NCBI GenBank assembly: GCA_951406725.2
Contig: OX597826.1
Location: 49,104,001-49,168,000, forward strand
DNA: 64,000 nt
Direction: 5' to 3'
Source: Octopus vulgaris
Taxonomy: Eukaryota
Position numbers and translations under genes: made by a program. Numbering within the stretch: position 1 is the stretch's first letter; the number at the start of each line of letters is the position of its first letter. Below the pieces are notes generated by a model that saw only the letters and a list, made by a program, of their open reading frames with translations, made no database searches and was not told the origin of the DNA. Below are positions 55,298 through 64,000 of this stretch, one piece after another.

Positions 55298-55317
55298 CTG
55301 AATATTGATATAGGTGT

Positions 55318-55367
<50 letters not shown>

Positions 55368-55942
55368 ACACACATACACATTAATGCTGGTTGTACAGCA
55401 TTTCACCCCATGTTTAAGGGTTTCTCTCACCAGGCTCTCATAGTCACATGGAGACTGGGTCAGTCTTTGGTGGTGTGGATGATATGTGTGCGTGTGTGTG
55501 TGTGAAGGCACATGGCCCTGTGGTTAGGTTGTTGCTCCTGTAATTGTAGGGTCGTGGTTTCTCCTGGCAATGTTGACCTGCCTAACCAGCCAGTAGGATG
55601 GCATCATTTAAAAACTACAACAAATCTAGGAAGTGTATTGTGACCAGCAATGTATAACAACATCTGATAATCTGGTGAATTCAGTGATGTGTATGTATGT
55701 ATGTATGTATGTATGTATGTATGTATGTATGTATGTACGTATGTATGTACATATGTATGCATGTATGTATGTATGTATGGATGGATGGATGGATGGATGG
55801 ATGGATGGATGGATGGTGGGATGGGTGTATTAGCATTTATCTCCTAATTTGGGCTCCACAATGTCCCTACATCTGTTTCCTAGCTACCTGGCATAGACTT
55901 CACAATTGAAGTTTATTAAAAGATGTTCCTATATCATTAAAA

Positions 55943-55998
<56 letters not shown>

Positions 55999-56298
55999 TA
56001 GTTCTCTTTTTTTAAAAATCTGGAATAATGAAATTACCAATCCTAATTACTAATGATCTTGTGCTTTTAGAATGACTGAGACAAAGAATTCACAGGAGAT
56101 ATTACACCAGTAAGGCCAAGTGACAAGAGTTCTAGGAGTATAACATGAGCAACGTGATTGGAGAATAATCATACCCATCATTGGTTTTGCTGGTGGACCC
56201 ACTTGGATCATTTGCAAATGGTTGTACCTGTTTGGACATACTTGGTTGGGTTTCATATACATTATACTGTGACTTGAAACTGACAGAAATTATCTTTA

Positions 56299-56533
56299 GG
56301 CGTCAAGCTGGCAGAAACGTTAGCACACCAGGTGAAATACGTAGCCGTATTTCGTCTGCCGTTACATTCTGAGTTCAAATTCCGTCGAGGTCGACTTTGC
56401 CTTTCATCCTTTCGGGGTCGATAAATTAAGTACCAGTTATGCACTGGGGTCGATGTAATCGACTTAATCCCTTTGTCTGTCCTTGTTTGTCCCCTCTATT
56501 TTTAGCCCCTTGTTGGCAATAAAGAAATAAGAA
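56299..56533 (+). mobile_element. SINE family B, full-length monomer
   Basis: Head GGCGTCAAGCTGGCAGAAACGTTAGC, core, and tail AATAAAGAAATAAGAAAT. Confidence 0.88.
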
Positions 56534-57252
56534 ATTATCTTTGCAATGAGATGAAAACTACCGCTAATGTCATTCAAAATACAAAAGCAATTATTAGTGA
56601 ACGAGACCAACATCATCATCAGTTCAATGTTCACTTTCCCATACTTGCGGGAGTCATTGAAATCATGGATGCAGATTTTCTACAACATAATGCCTTTCCT
56701 GTCACCAACACTCACCTGTTTCCAGGTAAGGTGGGTTCTCAGGCACGTTTTAATGGGAGATTGGAGAGGAAGGACAAACACCTGCATGACAGTGACACTC
56801 ATCTACAGCCATCACTCTATATCAAAGCAAGACACAAATACTCACACACACACACACAGACCTATATGGCAGGAAGGGCATTCAGCTGTAAAACATATTC
56901 ATCTAACTCATGCAAACATGGAAAAATTGGATGTAAAGTGAATAAAGAAAGGAACGCACATCTCTGTCTTTCAGTTTCTGCCTACCAAATACACCTACAA
57001 AGGTTTGGCCAACCCAGGGAGCTATAGCAGAGGACACTTACTCAAGGTGCCATGTACTGGAACTGAACCAAAAACCATATGGGCTGCTAGTGCACTACTT
57101 AACCTCACAGCCATGCCTTGAGATGACTCAGAAAAATATCAGATAATCAGATACTTTTCGGGTTTGTTCTTGTCCAGCTTAAGCAGGGATCCAGGTGGGA
57201 AGTCAGGTGTATGTGGTGTGAAAGGTGTGCATATATATACGTGCATGTGTGT

Positions 57253-57298
<46 letters not shown>

Positions 57299-58614
57299 AC
57301 ATGTAAGTGAATGTTGACATTATGCAAGTCACTATTTGAGCAAATTGGTGACGATGTTTACATTACTGTTTTGGTACTATGACCAGTCCCTCTGCACTTT
57401 TGAAAGACAAGTGATGGTTGGTGACAGGAAGAGCATCCGGTCGTAAAATCCTGCCTCACGAATCAATTCTCATCCAAATCGTGATTCCATAGAATAACAA
57501 ACACACACACACACACACACATACACACATTAATCTCCAGTATCAATTTGCAAGAATAGTTAATTCAATCCAATAGAAAACAAGTATTTTTCCTAAATGA
57601 TAACATTACCTCACTCTTTCATTGGCTAACACAAACCACATAAGGGTTGCATATAAAGGTCTGTAATTTCAAACTGAAATGGGCATTTTTCTTAAAGGGG
57701 GTCATTTATGTTTGACTTAATAACAAAATTTTCTGTTTTGGTTTTTCTGTATCCCTTTTGTATATGAGAATATGCTTTCCGTTCACTGAATCAAGAATAT
57801 GCTGGAAAGCTTGAATCTTCAGTTCTTTGCAAGGAGGTATGAGGAGAACACCCACCAGTCAGAATTTTTAGCTTTCAGGTGCGTGTAATTAGCAGTGCCT
57901 GCTACAACCATTATACACCTGGCATTTGCAATATACTCCCATTTCACCATGGGTTGCTTTCTGTTTTGTTATTCAGGAATCAAACATATTTTGAAAGAAT
58001 TGTTGCTTTACTTTTATTTCTAGACCTAAACAAATAGGTGTGTTATATGAATCTTGTTTTAAAGGTGTTCTCAGTTTTTCTAATGTATCTTTTTACTGCT
58101 CATTTTATATCTACTATTAACAAACCATGTATAATTACTCTCATTGCTTTTGAAAGCTATGTCTAGCTGTGCACAAAATTATACAAGGAGTTCCTAGAAA
58201 CATGTATGGAAGCCAAAAGTTTTCTCTCCTTAAGAAAAATATTTTTCAGGGAGTGATTATCAATCCTTCCTGTGAATGAAGTGTGTTAGCAATTAAAAGG
58301 ACGAAGGCCTAATGCCACCCTGGATTGAAGGAAATTGTTCATTACAGATCAATTTGGATATCTGCTTGATTGAATATTTGTGAAACTGAATGTAGTGAGA
58401 AATGTCATCAGTTGCATAATTAAACTTTGTTAAAATATTGTATATCAGGTTTACTTAGATTTACATAACTTTAAGGTTTACAGATGCAAAAAACAAAAAA
58501 ACGATTCTGTTTTCTTTTATATGTCTTATTTTGGTGCAGAAATATCTATCCAAAGGATCAGATAGGAATTTCTGTTTGAAGATTCATGCAATGCAATTTT
58601 GTGTTAAGCTGTTA

Positions 58615-58658
<44 letters not shown>

Positions 58659-58661
58659 CTT

Positions 58662-58953
<292 letters not shown>

Positions 58954-59250
58954 TGTATATATCATCATTATTATTATTATTTAATGTCTCAGCATGGGTT
59001 GGACAGTTTGATAAGATCTGGGATCTGGCAAGCTGCAGGGCTGCATTGAGGTCCAATGTCATCACTGACATGGTTTCTATAGCTAGATATCCTTCCTAAC
59101 ACCAACCACTTAAGTGTGTACTGGGTACTCTTTTCGTGCCACTGACATTAGTGAGGTCACTGGGCTCTCTTCAGTTTTCCACCTATCAAATCCACTCGCA
59201 AGGCTTTGGTCAGCCTGGAGCTACAGTAGAAGACACTTGTCAAGGTACCA

Positions 59251-59762
59251 CACAAAAGAATTGAAGGCATTACTGATCTTGATTATTGGGACTGCCTTAA
59301 AGCCTTGAAACTCTACTCTCTCCAGCGCCACCACGAGTGGTACATCATTTGTACGATGTGGAGAATATAACGCCAGCATTGCCCAAATAACCTGAACATT
59401 AGTTTCAAGGTTCATCCAAGGCTGGGACCACAGGCCATACGTCCCCTGCCTAATTCAGGTTCACAGCATATAGGTACACTGCAACATAATTTCTTTTCCT
59501 CAACAGGCCCTGTCCTGTTTAACAGTGTCCTGAAAGAGATCAAAGAGGAAAAGGATCTCATGACCTTTAAACGGAGTCTGGACAGAAATTCCTTCAAAGA
59601 ATACCAGATAAGCCACCCATACCTGCATACAATTCACTCAACAAGAACTCACTACTTGAATGGACCATAAATAAAACTTGACTTAAACAGGATAATCCTA
59701 TCAGGTGGTGCTATTAAGTTAGACATGGCCTGGACCAATCTTTGGTCAAAACATATCGAAGT
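59251..59762 (+). pseudogene. CR1-group LINE 3' fragment (second family)
   Basis: TKRIEGITDLDYWDCLKALKLYSLQRHHEWYII..WRI* and ..NFFSSTGPVLFNSV.KEIK..FKRSLD / FLQRIPDKP..NSLLEW, followed by a short 3' UTR. Confidence 0.8.
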
Positions 59763-59789
59763 TTATATATGTATATATATATATACTAT

Positions 59790-60186
59790 AACACAAACTG
59801 CAGAACAGGATACCACTGCTTAGTACCAAAAATCCCTACATTGCTGTCAGGATACAGGACCAGATACTGCAACAGCTTGGGTTTCATGAGCCCACAGGCT
59901 CTTCAATATCCTCCCACAAAACCTGAGAGACCTACATGGGGTGGATGTAGGTGTCTTCAAAAGATAACAGGATCTCATCCTGTCAAGAGTTCCGGATGAA
60001 TCTACCTCACAGCAAGAAGCGCAGATGAGACCAGCAACATCAAACTCTCTCGCTCACCAAATGCCACATGTCAGAGGAGGTTTAGCAAAAAGCGTAGCAA
60101 AACTAACAGTGATACCCCAGCATGGCCACAGCTCTTGAGCTGAAACTAGTAAAAAAAAAAAAAAAAAAAAGAAAAAAGAAAGAAAA
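59790..60186 (+). pseudogene. CR1-group LINE 3' fragment (third family) ending in the family A SINE-type tail and poly(A)
   Basis: RTGYHCLVPKIP..RTRYCNSLGFMSPQ / LFNILPQNLRDL..FKR*QDLILSRVPDE..SNSLAHQ; 3' end CCAGCATGGCCACAGCTCTTGAGCTGAAAC then A-rich tail. Confidence 0.8.
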
Positions 60187-60438
60187 TAATTCTTTAAGAG
60201 ACATTTGCAAACAAGTGGAAGGAAAGCATGTCGAAATATCTGTGTGTCTGTCTTTGCGTGGGTGTATATGGTGTATATGCCTGTGTGTATGTGTGCTTGG
60301 TGTGTGTGTGTGTGTACCATGATCTGTGCATGTGTGAAGCAAGTATCTGTTATGTTTTCTAAAGAAAACAATAAGTCATATCCTGCCGATCCCCTCAGCA
60401 ACTTCTTAAATACACAATTACTTCATATTCTATTCTAC

Positions 60439-60477
<39 letters not shown>

Positions 60478-60767
60478 CACGTGTGTGTGTGTGCATGTGT
60501 GTATGTGTAATATATTCATCTATATTTTTGGAACAAAAACTACAACTTGCATGAAGAGCTCAGTAACAAGTTGAGACACTATGAAGTATATCATCGTCAT
60601 CAACAGCATCATCTTCATCTTTTAATGAAGTAAAACATACTTATTACATATGAATATGTTGAATCATTGTTTCAAGTTAGGTTTTGCTTTATGACTAACC
60701 ACCGTGTATATATATATATCTCCATCCACACACACATACACACACATATATATATGTGCGTGTGTGT

Positions 60768-61075
60768 GGAGGCACAATGGCCCAGTGGTTAGGGCAGCGG
60801 ACTTGCAGTCGGAGGATCGCGGTTTCAATTCCCACACCGGGCGTTGTGTGTGTTTATTGAGCGAAAACACCTAAAAGCTCCACGAGGCTCTGGCAGCGGG
60901 TGGTGACGACCCCTGTTGTACTCTTCCGCCACAACTTTCTCTCACTCTCTCTTCCTGTTTCTTAGAGTAATGCTGCGATGGACTGGCGTCCCGTCCAGCT
61001 GGGGGGGGGGAATGCATACGCCACAGAAACCGGGAAACCTGACCCATGAGCCTCGCTAGGATTGAAAAGGGTAAC
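60768..61075 (+). mobile_element. SINE family C
   Basis: GGAGGCACAATGGCCCAGTGGTTAGGGCAGCGG head; GCGATGGACTGGCGTCCCGTCCAG V-domain-like core. Confidence 0.82.
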
Positions 61076-61196
61076 GTTTATCGTTTTATATATATACATA
61101 TATATATATATACCATCATCATCACATATATATGTATGTATGTATATACCTATATATTAGACTTACCTATTTCTCTGTAGATTGAACAATTGAGAA

Positions 61197-61248
61197 AAAG
61201 CTTTTAATTGATTTTTCAACCGTTGTTGTGGTCTCATCAGAAGTCTCT
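61197..61248 (-). ncRNA. Hammerhead-like motif with intact core boxes and slipped stems I/III
   Basis: AGAGACUU-CUGAUGA-GACC-ACAACAAC-GGUU-GAAA-AAUCAAU-UA-AAAGCUUU. Confidence 0.5.
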
Positions 61249-61277
61249 ACATCACTTGACCAATCTGAGAGAAATCT

Positions 61278-61338
<61 letters not shown>

Positions 61339-61384
61339 GTGTGTGCGTGTGTGTGTGTACATATACATATACAGATTAAAATAT

Positions 61385-61535
61385 TTTTTCTCTCCATTTT
61401 TTGTTTCTTTCTGCTGAAGTGCATAGGCTTGAAACGTCAAAGACTTTACCATTTTTTCCCACGCATCAAGCAAATACACCTCTTTGTTGCTCCCTCACCT
61501 GTCCCTGTCTTTTGCTTTTTGTCCATTTGAACAAT
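61385..61535 (+). mobile_element. Penelope-LTR-like repeat with minimal hammerhead-like motif (copy 4)
   Basis: CTTT-CTGCTGA-A-GTGC-ATAG-GCTT-GAAA-CG-TC-AAAG at 61407-61442; downstream homology to 6064-6160. Confidence 0.6.
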
Positions 61536-61538
61536 ATG

Positions 61539-61635
<97 letters not shown>

Positions 61636-62299
61636 CGTGATCACATGACCGACCAAACTGTCAAATGTTGTCACATATCGCTAGTCACAATGCGCTTTTG
61701 CATTGTTTTTTAGCCTTCAACTGATGCTACTCCACTGGCTAGATGAGCAAGACATATATGGTTATATTGATTTTGTGTAATTACATCCACATTAGCTGAT
61801 TGTGCTCAAATATGTACTTATTAACTGGGTTATATATATGTATGTGTGTGTTGTGATTTATTATTCTTTTACTGGCTTCACTGATAGGGTTGTGGCCTAG
61901 CTGTAATAGCACCACTTTAAGGATTTTGAGTCAATCACATCAAAACCAATACTGATTTCATTGTGTTAATTAAATAATTAATCTATATTTATCTCATTTG
62001 TTATACAACACAACACCACCCAATAATTCAAGTTTTTCTTTAACACCTTTTTTTTTGTTTTTTCTTAATTACTCATTCGTCAACATAAACATAGAATCAA
62101 TTCCAGTGTACCGAAATTCCAGTGATATAGAATTGGCCAACTTAATGACCTCAAAGAAGACATTCTATGAAGGTTCCATGCAGTGGGCTTGAACACATAA
62201 TAGATATAATCAATGAGCTATGATCAACCTATAGATTTTTAATTAAATGATTTTAAAATATTATTGTTCTATTTATATTTTGTTGCTATTGATGCAATG

Positions 62300-63292
62300 T
62301 AGCTGGCAGAATCATTAGCACACTGGGCGAAATGCTTAGCGGTATTTCGTCTGCTGTTACATTCTGAGTTCAAATTCTGCTGAGGTCGACTTTGCCTTTC
62401 ATCCTTTCGGGGTCAATAACTTAAGTACCAGTTATGCACTGGGTCAATATAATTGACTTAATCCGTGTGTTTGTCCTCTCTGTGCTTAGCCCCTTGTGTG
62501 TAGTAAAGAAATAGGTATTTTGTTTGCTGTTACATTCTGAGTTCAAATTCTGCCGAGGTCGACTTTGCCTTTCATCCTTTCGGGGACGATTAAATAAGTA
62601 CCATTTATGCACTGGGGTTGATGTAATCAACTTAATCCCTTTTCTGTCCTTGTTTGTCTCCTCTATGTTTATCCCCCTGCGGGCAATAAAGAAATAAATA
62701 TTATAAGATATAGAAAAGTTGGTGAGCTGGCAGAACTGTTATTTCATCCGTCTTTATGTTCTAAGTTCAAATTCTACCAAAGTTGACTTAGCCTTTTATC
62801 TTTTTGGGTTCGATGAAATAAGTACTAATCAGGCATTGAGATCAATGTAATCAACTTACTCCTCCATTAAAATTTCAGGCCTTGTGCCTATAGTAGAAAG
62901 GATTGTATGAGAGAGGAAAAGTGGTGATCTGGTGGGATCATGAGCACTTCACACACGTTGTTTAGTGGCACTTCTTTTCGCTTTATGGTCCAAGTTCAAA
63001 TTCCACCAAGGTCAACTTTACTCTCATCCTTTCAGGGTTGATGAAATTCAATACAAATTGAGAACTGGGTTGAATGTAATCAACTAGTGCCCTGCCCCAA
63101 AGTTTCAGGCCTTGTGCCTTTAACAGTAAGTTATATTACAGGTATTTAAGAAAGGGAGCTGACTGAATCGTTAGCATGCTGGACAAAATGCTTAACGGCA
63201 TTTCAGCCGTCTTTACATTCTGAGTTCCAATTCCACTGAAGTCAGCTTTGCCTTTTTTTCTTTTGGTTGGTACTTAGTTTGAAATAAGTACC
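62300..63292 (+). mobile_element. Head-to-tail cluster of family B SINEs: one dimer (62300-62698) plus three older copies
   Basis: Core AGTTCAAATTC..CC.AGGTC.ACTT..CCTTTCATCC recurs at about 62365, 62540, 62765, 62995 and 63225. Confidence 0.8.
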
Positions 63293-63514
63293 AACAATAG
63301 GCGCAGGAGTGGCTGTGTGGTAAGTAGCTTGCTTCCCAACCACATGGTTTCAGGTTCAGTCCCACTGCATGGCAGCTTGGGCAAATGTCTTCTGCTATAA
63401 CCTTGGGCAGACCAAAGCTTTGTAAGTGAATTTGGTAGGTGGAAAGAGGCCTAGGCCACAGCTCGTGAGCTGAAACTAGATAGAATAAAAAATAAAAAAA
63501 TAAAATAAAATATG

Positions 63515-63775
63515 ACCCATTTTGGTCATGAATGACCATGGGAATGCACCTAGAAAGTTACCCTCTGAGGCACAAGTCCAGGCAAGGTTGTTTATTGAAG
63601 TCCAGCCGTCACCCATGCAGACCAGCCTCATCTATCTACACCACTAATGTTATCCAAGGGAAAGGCAAAGGCAAAGGCTGATACAGCTTAGCACTAGTGA
63701 CATTACAACTCATTTCTACAACTGAGTGAACTGGAGCAATGTGAAATAAAGTGTCTTGCTCAAGAACACAACATA
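63515..63775 (-). mobile_element. SINE family D, 5'-truncated
   Basis: Reverse complement of 52850-53095. Confidence 0.8.
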
Positions 63776-63807
63776 CATGGCTCAGTGGTTAGAGCGTTGA
63801 ACTTACG

Positions 63808-63853
<46 letters not shown>

Positions 63854-64000
63854 TTGTGTCTGTGTTTGTCCCCCACCATCATCACTTGACAACCGATGTT
63901 GGTGTGTTTACATACCAGTAACTTTGCGGTTCAGCAAAAGAGACCGACAGAATAAGTACTTGGCTTACACAGAATAAGTCCTGGGTTCAGTTTGTCCGAC

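Overview
AT-rich, microsatellite-saturated animal DNA, intronic or intergenic in character. The repeat families and the (TA)n/(CA)n/(TACA)n density point to an octopus (coleoid cephalopod); this is inferred from repeat recognition only. No complete host gene is visible, and almost all ORFs in the track are translated simple repeats. The real coding remnants come from transposons: an internally deleted mariner (42080-42964), three CR1-group LINE 3' ends and an RTE fragment. There are many tRNA-derived SINEs of several families, several MITEs with readable TIRs/TSDs, and one plausible 108-nt minus-strand exon (17691-17798). The most interesting signal is a set of hammerhead-ribozyme (HHR) motifs in at least four unrelated small repeats. 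One is an intact type I HHR inside a 353-nt unit present as 1.25 copies (13241-13683), the pattern expected from a retrozyme or Penelope-dependent circular RNA. Other signals are a LINE whose 3' tail matches the dominant SINE tail with covarying stems, a complex fold-back rearrangement at 26.5-26.9 kb, and hairpins overlapping candidate splice donors. All pairings and translations were done by eye, and SINE boundaries are approximate.
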